DNA of 64,000 nt, taken from the human T2T-CHM13v2.0 reference genome, Homo sapiens. A model generated the notes under the pieces. That model did not search any database, was not told the DNA's origin, and worked only from the letters and a program-made list of their open reading frames with translations. Made by a program: the position numbers and the translations under genes. Positions 1-17,328 of this stretch are shown piece after piece (position 1 is the first letter of the stretch; each line of letters begins with the position of its first letter). The DNA lies in NCBI RefSeq assembly GCF_009914755.1, contig NC_060943.1, one strand, 5' to 3'.

Positions 1-27
1 ACAGCTGTGCTGCTTTCACAAAGAAGC

Positions 28-110
28 TTGAGACCTTGGACAAGTTTCTTAACCTCTCTGAGCCTCCAATTCCTCATCTGTAAAATGTGCTTAACTAATC
101 AGTGTAGTAC
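28..110 (+). mobile_element. MIR SINE fragment
   Basis: GACCTTGGACAAGTTTCTTAACCTCTCTGAGCCTCCAATTCCTCATCTGTAAAATG matches the MIR core. Confidence 0.8.
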
Positions 111-529
111 AAAGACTCACATAGCCCACAACTGAAGTGAGGTTGCTTTTTGACGAAGTAAAGCCTTTGCTCCCGTCTTTCCCAGGCATTTCAAGGCCTG
201 GCTTCCACCCAAGGGGCAGTCCCTACAGGAGACTGGAGGAAGAAGGGAAAGGCCTCGGCTCTCTCCCTATTGGCCACCATGGCCTGGCTGCTGCCCAGAC
301 GGTCTCAGCTCCTGCTGGTTGCACTCTCCACACCATCGTCCCTGCCTCTACTCCAGATATGGTGCCAGGAATCATGGAGTGTTTGCTCTTCCTGGAAGCA
401 GACTCCTGTCCTATTCCTTGTGAGTCCTCTACACCAGGCTAACAGTCTCTAGCAGAATCTCTCGAGGCTACCCTGATTTGAGTGTTCCAGGTATGTTCAG
501 CTGAACCCTGATTGAGAGAACTCATATGT

Positions 530-950
530 CAGTCCCAGTGCTGTGACTTGGAGTTACAGAGTTGAGAAACAAACAGACTGCCACTTCACCCTGTTCAAGG
601 TTCTCTAGCTCACAGGAGAAACATAAATACAAAAGAAAACTGCACCCAAAACTCCCAGGTGCCACGACAGAAATATGGATTCAGATCTGTGGCACCATAG
701 AATGAACAGGTACCTTGCAGGCATGAATGTGGGTGAGAGTCATCAGGGAAGGCTTCCGAGAGAAGGTGACACTCTATGTGAGTCTTGGAGGGTGAATACA
801 AACTCCCTTGTAGGACAAGGTGAGAACATTCATCTCCCGGAAAATACACCATTCAAACACATGAAAGTACATGAGTTTGCTACAGGAATGGTAGTTTGCT
901 CAGATGCTTGGGACCCATATTGGAGATAAGAGCAGCAGGGGAGAGGACTG
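530..950 (-). mobile_element. L2 LINE fragment (degraded)
   Basis: TCAGGGAAGGCTTCC..GAAGGTGAC..TGAGTCTTGGAGG is the antisense L2 signature; boundaries approximate. Confidence 0.55.
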
Positions 951-1106
951 AAGTGATTTAATGACTGGTATCAAATTGCTCACTTTTAAATTTTGTCAAT
1001 CAAAGGCATGTCTTTTAAGTGGCCATCTGTTATCACTCACCACCAGGATATAATCATATAATCTTGGAATAAAGAAAAGTCCTTTGTAGCAAATAAATTT
1101 AGGAGG

Positions 1107-1206
1107 GTGTGTGTGTCCGTGTGCATACGCTACCTGCGTGTGTGTGTGTATATACACACATATATATACACACACGCATGTATGTGTATATATATGCATA
1201 TATGTG

Positions 1207-1247
<41 letters not shown>
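1107..1247. repeat. Compound (TG)n/(TA)n/(CA)n microsatellite
   Basis: Alternating purine-pyrimidine run ending in a pure (CA)n. Confidence 0.95.
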
Positions 1248-1249
<2 letters not shown>

Positions 1250-1817
1250 CCTGTCCTTGTTTTTCTTTTCTCATTTTGCAGCAGTCTAGGAACAAGTCCA
1301 TTGGCTGACATTTGAAAACCACTGATCTCACCTGATCCTCTTATTCTACCCACAGGGAAGCATGTCATTTTTTAAAAATTCATTTTTTAAAATGAGTTCA
1401 ATTCTCTTAAGTGTTTATTGCTAGCCCTTTGACTGCTCCTCACAAACAGACCCCTGACCAGCCTTAGGCACTTCCAGGTACTTGGGTTCAGACAACACTT
1501 GGTCCTAACACCACAGGGAAAAGCATTAAAGTTCTCGGATTACTTTTTCTGCAGGTCATTTGATAATACTTTCCACTCCTAGTGAATGCTACAACAAGCA
1601 ATATATATTGGTAATTGCAGCCATCTAAGAATAGACATATTTGCAGGAATAATGACCTCCTCCTCCCCCTAAAAAAAAGTTAGATTTAAGTAATACTGCC
1701 AGTTGGTGGCCATTTGTGCACTCATGTCTGGTTGCATTTGCCTCCAGGGACAGATAAATAGTAAAGGAGAAAACTGAAGTGGGGAGGGTCTGAGTAAATC
1801 AGTCTCTCTGCCTCTGG

Positions 1818-1869
1818 CTCTCTCTCTCTCTCTCTTTCACACACATACACACACACACACACACACACA
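1818..1869. repeat. (CT)n(CA)n microsatellite
   Basis: Direct reading. Confidence 0.9.
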
Positions 1870-2548
1870 TCTGTTATTTTAAATGTGTTATGAGTACTTT
1901 CTTGGTCTGGGAACCCACGGACTGGTTCCTAGGATGCTGCAAAATGAGAAAAACATGGACAGGTAGTGCATAGATAGGTAGATTAAAAAGGTGGGGGGCT
2001 GTTCAGGGACCAAGGTTAAGTGTGAACAAAGCAACTTCCGTGGAGTTCTATTATCCATGGCAGGGAGGTGCTAGTGTCATCACAGAAGGTGAAAATTCCT
2101 GTCTGAATGACCTTTGGAAGCTTCCAGCAGATGTTGGAAAAGATTTTGCTTCTTCACTAAATTGCCAGAATGTTAGTTTGTATTTAGAAGTCACTTTGTA
2201 CAGAAAATACAAAGATTCAAATATAAGAGTCACCCTCACCTAAGCCAAGGGCTCACACTCTGAGAGGGCTGTGCTGATTGAGACTGAAAGAGGGAAAGGG
2301 AGGGTTGCCCTTCATCCTGCACTAGTTTTGGGGTGCCTGGGCTGAGTGGAGTCATGGGTGAAATTGCTCTTTCTTTAAGCTGCTTTCATTCCACCTCTCT
2401 CCCCCTGTTTCTTCTCCCATGCCCCCATGCCAAAGAAGAGGGAGTTACCTTCTATCCTGACAGCATCTCCTTCAGAGAGGGTTGCCTTGATGAGAAAGGC
2501 AAAGTAATCTGATAGAGCCAGAAATACCCAAGGACAAGACCTCAACCA

Positions 2549-2678
2549 AGAGAAGGAAGAGGAGGAAGAAGGGGAAGTGGAGGAGGAGGAGGAGGAGGAG
2601 GAAGGAGAAGGGGAAGAAGGGGGAAAGAAGGAGAAATAGGAGGAGGAGTAGGAAGAAGGGGGAGTGAAGGAGGAAGAG
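2549..2678. repeat. GA-rich low-complexity tract with (GGA)n
   Basis: Direct reading. Confidence 0.85.
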
Positions 2679-3127
2679 CTACTGCCTAGTCAGTAGAAGC
2701 CTGGCTGTTGGGGCCGCAGGGCAATAGTGACTGCCTCCTCACCCACCCAGCCCAATTATAGCTGCAGTGCCTGACAGGGAAAGTCTAACCCATGCTGTCC
2801 TTGAGAACTGAACCCTGAAACATGGCTGCATGTTTGAAACTTATCACAAGTCTTGGGATGCTTGCAGCTTCGAGCCACATTATTTTTAATAAATTCATTT
2901 TTGAAGATTTCCCTGCCATGGCAAGGAGGGCACATCTTTGAAAGCCAGAGGATCTAAATTCAAGCCTAAATTGTATTCTGGTCTGCCATAAGGCCTTGTC
3001 CAAGCCTGTGCCTTGCCCAGGCCACGGTTTCATGCTGCTGTATTGCCTTAATCAGGGAGCTTTCTCTTGCCCTATGCAGCTCCAACCACTGTGAATTCTT
3101 CTGGAAGGTTCTTGTTGGTTAGTGTTA

Positions 3128-3682
<555 letters not shown>

Positions 3683-3959
3683 CTACACTAGAAATTAGAC
3701 TATCCGGAAAACTGAACATTTATTCTTCCCTTCTGTAGATGCTACATGGATGAAGCCCATGACTTGAAGAATGAGCCTAGGACTATAGTCTTGCACCCTC
3801 CAGGAAGCCTTCATTCCTGCTTTCAGTCTGCCCCAGGATTCCTGCATAGGTTTCTAAGCCATTTATATCCAAGTTTGCATTGGCCAAATCTCATGACTGA
3901 GTCTCACCTCTCAGTGTGTCAGAGTCACCAGCCTCTTTACTTGAGCTTCTGACATCCCA

Positions 3960-4157
3960 GACAGGCCCTTTTCTTGCAGTCTTGGCACATGTCCAAACCA
4001 CTCCCCCAGAGGTGTCTGCTTGGTTTATACTTCACCACCTTCAGGCCTTTCTTAAATTTTTCTTCTCCATAAAAGATTTGAAATCATTCTGACACTCTCT
4101 ATCCCTATCTATTTTCCTCACAGTTTCCCTTCATTTTCTCCTTAAAATCTAACACTA
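3960..4157 (+). mobile_element. L2 LINE fragment (5' part of an L2 split by the L1 stack)
   Basis: CACCACCTTCAGGCCTTTCTTAAAT..CACTCTCTATCCC..TTTTCTCC..ATCTAACA resembles the L2a 3' region. Confidence 0.5.
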
Positions 4158-6505
4158 GAGTGATGTCAGCAACAATGGTAGAGTAAGAACCTCTGAAAAT
4201 TCTCTCCTTCATAAAAGGAATAAGAAAGCTTACAAAAATTGTCAGTGTCCATTTTTTTCAGAACTCTTAGAATTAACCAAGGGCTTGCAACAACCTAGGG
4301 AGCATTTATTCAATAAAAATGGCTGTATGTCAGTAAAAACAGTGAGCTTTATGGCATGTTAACTTGCCTTATTCCCATGCCCTGCTTTCCAACCCAGTGA
4401 TAACCTTGAAAAATCACAGCCCACACTCCCAGTGCAGTCTGGCAGTCACAGGAAGAAGAAAAAGAGATCTGGAGCTCTTTCAAGGTCTGGTTCCGAAAAT
4501 TTACCAATATCTGACCTGTCTGAAAGTTGACCTGAAGACCACATTTGCAAAGCTGTTTGTACTTAACCTGACTTGAAGCTTGATCAGACTAAAAAGTTTC
4601 CTCTTCAGGGGATGTTTGTTGAAAACAATTTAGAGGCAAATGTCTTAACTTTACAGCTAGCTGAAGTGCTTGCTTCAAAGGTGGATAAGAACTGGTAAAC
4701 AATAGACTAAACAAAAGTTTTATAAGGACAAACTGAGGAATAAGGTGTTCATAGGGGCTTTGAAAACCTCTGACATATTCCTGGCAAACTAGAAGACCAC
4801 ACAAATGCCCAGGGCTGTGCACATGCTTAGGAAGGAGTTGAAAAGACCCTAATAACTTACCTTTAGTGATTAAGAGGTGCTGAACAAGCAGGAAGTGAAG
4901 GAAGGAAGGCAGAGTTGCTAAATGCCTAACTATATGTTTAAGACATACATCAACACACAGAGCTCCTTGCAACAGACTGGAAGGCTTACTAGTTCCAGAT
5001 ATTTAAGTTAATCTCTGTCCAGTAATTAGCTAACCACTACTTCAGTGGTCACACACAACAGAGAACGCAGACTTTACAGAATTTGTTCAGAAAGTCACTA
5101 AACAAATAACAAATTCAACAAGCAGCAACCACAACAAATCCTGAAGAAGGGGGAAATCTGATTGACAGAGTTGTCATGTTATTTTATCCAGTTTTCAACA
5201 ACAACAACAAAATTACAAGACATGTGAAGAAATAAGAATTTCGGTCCATATACAGGAAAAAAAAAACAATCAACAGAAACTGTCCCAGGACATCAGACTT
5301 AAGATAAACACTTAAGACAAAGACAAAGTCACCTATTTTAAGTATTTAAATTTTTTAAAAAGCCAAGAAAATCATGTCTAAACAATTAAAAGAAAGTCTG
5401 AGAATAATGTCTCACCAAATAGAGAATATCAATTTATAGAAAGTATTTAAAAATGAACCGAATGTAAAATTTAAAAGAACTATAACTGGAGCTTAAAAGT
5501 ATAACTAAATAAAAAATAACACAGCAGATTTGAGCAGGCTGAAAGAATAGTCAGCAAACTTGAAGATAGATCAATTGAGATCACCTAGTCTGAGGAATAG
5601 AAAGCAAAAACAATTAGGAATGAACACATCCTTAGAGGCCTGTGTGGCATCCTCAAGAGTATCAACATATGCATAATGAGAATCCCAGAAGGAGAGAAGA
5701 AAGAAAAAGGGAAAAAATAAATATTTAAAGAAATAAGAACAAAAACTTCCTAAATTTGATGGAACTTTTAATGTACACATCCAAGAAACTGAACAAACTC
5801 CAAACAGAATAAATTCAAATGGACTCACACCTAAGCACAGCCTCATGAACTTGTCAAAAGACAAAGAAAAAAATATTGAAAGTGAGAGAAAAGTTACTTT
5901 GAACAAAGAACAAAGAATTCTCAATAAAATTTACAGCTAATTTCTCATCAGAAACCAAGGAGGCCAGAAGGCAGCCAGATGGCACATTAAAAGTGCTGGA
6001 AGGAAAAAAAAACTGTCAAGCAAGCATTCTATATCCAGTAACATCATCCCTCAAAAATGACGGAGAAATTTAGACATACCCAGAATAATTGTATGTTGAT
6101 AAATTAGAAAACCTGGATGAAATGAACAAATGTTTAGCAATACACAAACTACCAAAACTGACTTGAAAAGAAATAAAAAATCTGAGAGACCTCTAACAAG
6201 TCAACAGATTTAATTAATAGGCAAAACCCTTCCGACAGAGAAAATTCTAGGACCAGATGGCTTTACTGGTGAATTCTGCCAAATATTTAAAGAAGAACTA
6301 ACACCAATCACTTATAAACTATCCAAAAATAGAAGAGTAGGAAACACTTTCTAACTTTTTCTGAGTCTAGTATCACTCTGATACCAACACAGACAAAGAC
6401 ATCATAAGAAAAGTATAGACCAATATCCTTTATGAGAAGATATGCAAAATCCTCAACAAAATACCAGCAAATAAAAATCTAAAAGCATATAAAAATAGTC
6501 ATACA
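4158..6505 (+). mobile_element. Old L1M element, part 1: 5'UTR, decayed ORF1 (~5380-6082), then a jump into mid-ORF2 (~6083-6505)
   Basis: ORF1-like motifs (CAGCAGATTTGAGCAGGCTGAA, TTTCTCATCAGAAACCA) followed by ORF2-like GGACCAGATGGCTTTACTGGTGAATTCTGCCAAA. Confidence 0.8.
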
Positions 6506-9500
6506 GAAGGACTCTGATAAGATAGAAGAGTAGGAATCACCAGAAATATCTCTCCACCTAGACAACAATTGCACTGGCAGAAACCATCTGATATAATGAT
6601 TTTGGACCTCTGGAGTCTATTGCAGGCTTTCAATTTCCAGGGGAAGCTAAATGAACTCCAAATAATATTAACTCAAAGAAATTCATACATATACCTATTA
6701 TAATCAAACTGTTGAAAGCTAACCACATCAGAAACTTTGGAGACCAGAAGACAATGAGCTGATATATTCAAAGCAATAAAAGGGAAGACTCTCAACCAAG
6801 AATCCTATAACCAGCAAAATGGTCCTTCAAAAGTGAAAGAGAAATTAAGACATTCCCAGATGACCAAAGCTGATGGAATTTGTTACCACTTGGCCTGCCC
6901 TTCAAGAGATGCTTGAAAGGAATCCTACAGGTTGAAATAAAAGGACAGTAGGCAGTAAGTTAAAGCTATATTAAAAAAAATAAAGGTCTCAGTAAAAGTA
7001 AATGTATGGGCATTTTAAAAACTAGCATCATTGTAATATACAGTACATTACTGCTAAAATAGATTTTTAACATTTCCACCACAAAAAATGACAAATTGAT
7101 GAAGTGATGAGTATGTTAATTAGCTCGATTGAGTCTATAATGTACACATGGATAAAAACATCGCATTCTATTTCATAAATATACACTATTATTTGTCCTT
7201 TTAAAATGAATAAATAAATAAACTAGTATTGTACAATGGTGTATAACTTCGATTTTTGTTTTCTATGTGATTTAAGAGAATAATGCATTTTTAAAAGAAC
7301 AATTGTTAGCTCAAAAGCCAATATTATTGTAACTTCGGTTTGTAATTTCACATTTTTTTCTACATAATTTAAGGGTCTAGTGCATAGAAAAATAAGCTTA
7401 TGTTTTAGGATGCACAATGTGCAAAGATGTATTTTTGTGACATTAATGACTGAAAGGGGTGGAGATGGAGCTGTTAATAGAGCAGTTTTTATATGTCATT
7501 GAAGTTAAGCTAGTTTAAATTCATATTAGAGTGTTATCACTTAGAATGTTAAATATAATCACCATGGTAACCATAAAAAGTAGTCAAAGAACATATACAA
7601 AAGGAAATGTGAAAGAAATTTAAACACTTTACTACAAAAGCTCACTAAACCCAAAGGAGAACAGTAATGTAGGAAGTGAGAGACAAAAACTATAAGGTAC
7701 ATAGAAAACAAATAGCAAAATGACAAAAGTAAGGCCCTCCTTACAAGCAATTACTTAAATGAAAATGCATTAAGCTCTCCAATCAAAAGATATGAATGCA
7801 CAAAGGACAAAAATAAAAATGATCCAAGCATATGCTGTCTACAAGAGTCTAACTTTAGATACAAAGGCACAAATTGATTGAAAATGAGACATCAGAAGAA
7901 AAGGATGGAAAAGGATATTTCATGCAAACAGTAACCAAAAGAGAGCAGGAATGGCTATACTAATAAAAAGCAGAATAAACTTTTAAGCAAAAAGTTTACA
8001 AGAGACTAGGAAAATATTATATACTAATAAAAGATTAAATATACCAAGAAGATATAATAATTATAAATATTTGCACACCTAATAACAGACCATAAAAATA
8101 TGTAAAGTAAAATTTGACAGAATTGAATGGGGAATAAAATGTTCTACAGTAATATTTGGAGACTTTTATACCTCATTCTTAATAATGGATAGAACAAACT
8201 GATAGAAGATAAATAATAGAAGACTTAACACAATAAGCCAACTAGATCTATATAGAGTACTTTACCCAACAGCAGCAGAACACATAATCTTTACAAGAGC
8301 ATATGGAACAATTTCAAGGATAGACCATATGTTAGGGCATGAATTAAGTCTCAATATATTTTTAAAGACAGAAATCATATAACTATCTTCTCAAACCACA
8401 ACAGAATAAATGTAGAAATCAGTAACAGAAAAAAAACTGAAAAATTCACAAATTTGTGGAAATTTAAAAACTACTCTTAAACAACTAATGGATCAAAGAA
8501 GAAATCAAAAGAGAAATTAGAAAATACTTAGAGATGAATGATAATGAAAAAAGAACATACTAAAACTTATGGGGCATAATAAAACAGTATTAAAGGGAAA
8601 ATTTATCATTATAAATGTTTACATTAAAAAACAAGAAAGATCTAAAATTAATAACCTAATTTTACAACCTAAGGAACACAAGAAAATGAACAAACTAAAC
8701 CCAAAGCTAGCAGAGAGAAGGAAATAATAAAGATTAGAGCAGAGATAAAGGAAATAGTGAATAGAAAAACAATGAAGAAAATCAACAAAACCAGAAGTTT
8801 GTTATTTTAAAAGATCAACAAAACTGACAAAATTTTAGCTAGATGTACTAAGTAAAAAAGTGAGAAGACTCAAATTACTGAAATTATAAATGAAAGTAGG
8901 GACATTACCCATAATACTGTACAAATAAAAAGGATTAGAAGAGAATATTATTAACAATTGTACCAAATAAACTTGATAACCTAGATAAAATGGACACTTT
9001 CCCAGAAACACAAAAGTTATGAAGAAATAGAAAATCTAAATAGACCTGTAACTAATCAGGCGATTGGATCAGTAATAAAAAATCTCCCAACAAAGAAAAG
9101 TCCTGGACTTAATGACTTCACCTATGAGTCCTATCAAACATTTAAAGAACTAACACAATCCATCTTAAACTCTTTCAAAAAATTGAAGATGAAAAACACT
9201 TCCTAACTCATTGTATGAGGACAGCATTACTTTTATACAAAATCCAAACAAAGACACTGGAAGAAATAAAAACTGCAGACCAATATCCCTTATGAACATT
9301 CATGCAAAAATCCTCAACAAAATGCTAACAAACTGAGTTCAGCAGCATATTAAAAGGGTTATACATCATTATCAAGTGGAATTTTTTCCTGGAATGCAAG
9401 GATGGTTTAACATACAAAAATCTATCAATGTAATACAGCACATAAAGAGAATGAAAGAAAAAACCTGCAAGTCTATCTAAACCGATGCAGAAAAAAACCT

Positions 9501-11168
9501 TTGACAAAATTTAACGCTCTTTCATGATAAAAATACTCAACAAATCAGGAATAGAAAGAACTTACCTCAACATAATAAAATGCTTATATGAAAAATACAC
9601 AACAAACATTGTGCTCATGGTACAAGACTGAAAGTGCTTCCTTTAAAGTCAGGAACAAGGCAAAGATACCTATTTTCAGCACTTCTCTTCACCATAGTAT
9701 TACAAGTCTTAGTCATAAAAATTAGGCTGCAAAAAAAAAGACATTCAATTTGGAAAAGAAGTAAAAACATCTCTATTTGGAGCTGATATAATCTAATATG
9801 TAGAAAACTCTAAAAATTACACACACATACACACACACTCACATACAAAAAATCTGTAAGAACTAATAAATGAATTTAGCAAAGTAACAGGATACAAAGT
9901 GAACATACAAAAGTTAGCTGCATTTCTATACACAAACAATGAACAATCCAAAAGAGAAATTAAGAAAATAATTCCATTTACAGTAGCCCTACCTAATACT
10001 CAATATAAAAATTAACTAATAATGAATTTATGACTGAAATGTAACATTTAAAACTATAAAACTCTTAGGAAAAAAACACAGGGCAAAAGCCCCTTGACAT
10101 CAAATTTGGCAATGATTTCTTAGATATGAAAACAAAGACACAACAAAAGAAAAATAGATAAATTGGATTCCATAAATTTTTTAAATTATGCATCAAAAGA
10201 TGCTATTAACAAAGTAGAAAGGCAATTCACAAGATAGAAGAAAATATTTGCAAATCACATATCTGATAAGGGATTAATAGCCACAGTATATAGAGAACTT
10301 CTAAAACACAACAGCAAAAAAAAAAACCTGATTCAAACATCTGCAAAGGACTTAAATAGATATTTTATCAAAGAAGATATATAAATGGCAAATAATCACA
10401 TGAGAAAGGGCTCACCATACTAATCATTAGTGAAATGTAAATCAAAATTACAATGAGATACCACCTCATATCCATTAGGATGGCTACTATAAAAAAAAGC
10501 ATTAATGAGGATGTGGAAAATTGAGACATTTGTGCACTGTTAGAGGGAATGTAAAATGGCACAGTTACTCTTGAAAAGAGTATAGCAGTTCCTCAAGGAA
10601 TTAAAACTAGAATTACCATATGACCCAACAATTCTATTTCTGGGGATATACTCAAAATAATTGAAAGCAGTATCTCTAAGACATATTTATACACCCATGC
10701 CTATAGCAGCATTATTCATAAAAGCTAAAACATGGGAACAACTCAAATGTCCATCAACAGATGAATAAAAAAATGTGGTATACACATACAGTAGAATATT
10801 ATTCAGCCTTAAAAAGAAAGGAAATTCTGACACATACCACATGGATGAACCTTGAGGAAATTATCATAAATGAAATAAGCCAGGTACAAAAAGACAAATG
10901 CTATATTATTCTACTTATAGGAAGTATTCAAATTTATGGAGATGGAAATAGAATAGTGGTTTCCAGGGGAAGGTGTAAAGGGGATGGAGAGTTATTATTT
11001 AATGTGTATAGAGTTCCAGTTTCACAAGTTGAGGAGAGTCCTGGAGATGAATGGTGGTGATCATTCTACAACAATATGAATATAGTTAATACCACTGAAC
11101 TGTACACTTAAAAATGGTTAAGACAGTTAATTTTATCTTACAAGTATTTTACTGACAAGATTTTTAAA
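6506..11168 (+). mobile_element. L1MB-type element with 5' tip, internally deleted ORF1, decayed ORF2 and L1MB-like 3'UTR
   Basis: EN/RT-like sequence 7750-10900; 3' end GTTCCAGTTTCACAAG..TGTACACTTAAAAATGGTTAAG is typical of L1MB. Confidence 0.85.
7040..7222 (+). mobile_element. 5'-truncated L1MA-type 3' end inserted in the L1MB
   Basis: CACCACAAAAAATGAC..GATGAGTATGTTAATTAGCTCGATT, then a (TAAA)n tail; flanks AAACTAGCATCATTGTA / AAACTAGTATTGTA. Confidence 0.75.
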
Positions 11169-11420
11169 AGGATCCCACACCATTAATAAGTAGGATTTAT
11201 CTCAGGAATATAAGGTTAGTTCAATATAGAAAAACCAGTCAAAGCAAAACAACATATTAATAGAATAAAGGGAAAAATTGCATGTTTATCTCAACATACA
11301 CAGAAAAAGCATTTGACAAAATCCAAAACTCTTTAATAATAAAAACACTCAACAAAATAAAACAAAGGGAACTTCCTCAACCTAATGAAGGGCATCTATA
11401 AAAGGTTATTTAAGGTTGTA
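11169..11420 (+). mobile_element. Old L1M host, part 2 (ORF2 RT region)
   Basis: Resumes ORF2 where part 1 stopped (AAGTAGGATTTATCTCAGGAATATAAGG..GCATTTGACAAAATCC). Confidence 0.75.
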
Positions 11421-12448
11421 GGGGGTGGTTCCAAGATGGCCATATAGGAACAGCTCCAGTCTACAGCTCCCAGTGTGAGCAACGCAGAAGATGAATGATT
11501 TCTGCATTTCCAACTGAGGTACTGGGTTCATCTCACTGGGGACTGCCAGACAGTGGGTGCAGAACAGTGGGTGCAGTGCACTGAGCATGAGCCAAAGCAG
11601 GGCGAGGTATCACCTCACCCAGGAAGTGCAAGGGGTCAGGGAATTCCCTTTCCTAGCCAAGGAAAGGGGTGACAGACTGCACCTGGAAAATCGGGTCACT
11701 CCCACCCTAATACTGTGCTTTTCCAATGGTCTTAGGAAACGGCACACCAGGAGATTAGATCCCGTGCCTGGCTCGGAAGGTCCTACACCCACGGAGCCTT
11801 GCTCATTGCTAGCACAGCAGTCTGGGATCAAACTGCAAGGTGGCAGTGAGGCTAGGGGAGGGGCACCCACCATTGCTGAGGCTTGAGTAGGTAAACAAAG
11901 CGGCCAGGAAGCTCAAACTGGGTGGAGCCCACCACAACTCAAGGAGGCCTGCCTGCCTCTGTAGACTCCACCTCTGGGGGCAGGGCATAGCCAAAAAAAA
12001 GGCAGGAGAAACCTCTGCAGCCTTAAATGTCCCTGTCTGACAGCTTTGAAGACAGTAGTGGTTCTCCCAGCATGCAGCTTGAGATCTGAGAACGGACAGA
12101 CTGCCTCCTCAAGTGGTTCCCTAACCCCTGAGTAGCCTAACTGGGAGGCACACCAGAGTAGGGGCAGAGTGACACCTCACATGGCCGGGTACTCCTCTGA
12201 GACAAAACTTCCAGAGGAACGATCAGGCAGCAACATTTGCTGTTCAGCAATATTCACTGTTCTGCAGCCTCCACTGCTGATATCCAGGAAAACAGGGTCT
12301 GGAGTGGACCTCCAGCAAACTCCAACAGACCTGCAGCTGAGGGTCCTGACTGTTAGAAGGAAAACTAACAAACAGAAAGGACATCCACACCAAAACCCCA
12401 TCTGTACGTCACCATCATCAAAGACCAAAGGTAGATAAAAACGCAAAG
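11421..12448 (+). promoter_or_regulatory. L1 5'UTR internal sense/antisense promoter with intact YY1 site (CAAGATGGCC, 11432-11441)
   Basis: Colinear with the primate L1 5'UTR; many CpGs have decayed. Confidence 0.8.
11610..11873 (-). CDS. L1 ORF0 homologue (antisense ORF in the 5'UTR), open for 87 codons
   Basis: MVGAPPLASLPPCSLIPDCCASNEQGSVGVGPSEPG is close to ORF0 MAGAPPPASLPPCSLISDCCASNQRDSVGVGPSEPG; ATG in GCAATGG context; expression unknown. Confidence 0.7.
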   Translation of the reverse strand: MVGAPPLASLPPCSLIPDCCASNEQGSVGVGPSEPGTGSNLLVCRFLRPLEKHSIRVGVTRFSRCSLSPLSLARKGNSLTPCTSWVR

Positions 12449-13466
12449 ATGGGGAAAAAAACAGAGCAGAAAAACTGGAAATTCTAAAAATCAGAGCACC
12501 TCCCCTCCTCCAAAGGAAAGCAGCTCCTCACTAGCAATGGAACAAAGCTGGACGGAGAATGACTTTGATGAGTTGAGAGAAGAAGGCTTCAGATGATCAA
12601 ACTTCTCCGAACTAAAAGAGGAAGTTTGAATCCATGGCAAAGAAGTTAAAAACCTTGAAAAAAGATTAGACGAATGGCTAACTAGAATAACCAATGCAGA
12701 GAAGTCCTTAAAGGACCTGATGGAGCTGAAAACCATGGCACAAGAGCTACATGACGAATGCACAAGCTTCAGTAGCTGATTCAATCAACTAGAAGAAAGG
12801 TTATCAGTGATGGAAGATCAAGTGAATGAAATGAAGTGAGAAGAGAAGTTTAGAGAAAAGAGAATTTAAAAAATGAACAAAGCCTCCACGAAATATGGGA
12901 CTATGTGAAAAGAACAAATCTACGTCTGATTGGTGTACCTGAAAGTGACGGGGAGAATGGAACCAAGTTGGAAAACACTCTTCAGGATATTATCCAGGAG
13001 AACTTCCTTAATCTAGCAACACAGGCCAACATTCAAATTCAGGAAATACAGAGAACACCACAAAGATACTCCTCGAGAAGAGCAACACCAAGACACATAA
13101 TTGTCAGATTCACTAAAGTTGAAATGAAGGAAAAAAATGTTAAGGGCAGCCAGAGAGAAAGGTCAGGTTACCCACAAAGGGAAGCCCACCAGACTAACAG
13201 CAGATCTCTTGGCAGAAACTCTACAAGCCAGAAGAGAGTGGGGACCAATATGCAACATTCTTAAAGAAAAGAATTTTCAACCCAGAATTTCATATCCAGC
13301 CAAACTAAGCTTCATAAGTGAAGGAGAAATGAAATCCTTTACAGACAAGCAAATGCTGAGAGATTTTGTCACCACCAGGTCTGCCCTACAAGAGCTCCTG
13401 AAGGAAGCACTAAGCATGGAAAGGAACAACCGGTACCAGCCACTGCAAAAACATACCAAATTGTAA
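12449..13466 (+). pseudogene. L1 ORF1p pseudogene (frameshifts and nonsense codons)
   Basis: ATG at 12449 followed by an extra A in the A-run; several CGA>TGA changes; fragments KRTNLRLIGVPE, ARREWG, YPAKLSF. Confidence 0.93.
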
Positions 13467-13529
13467 AGACCATCAATGCTAGGAAGAAACTGCATCAACT
13501 AATGAGCAAAATAACCAGCTAACATCATA

Positions 13530-17328
<3,799 letters not shown>

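Noticed and set aside
960-1325. Possible hAT DNA-transposon remnant around the microsatellite
   Set aside because: Only the terminal TTTGAAAACCACTG looks familiar; too degraded to assign by eye.
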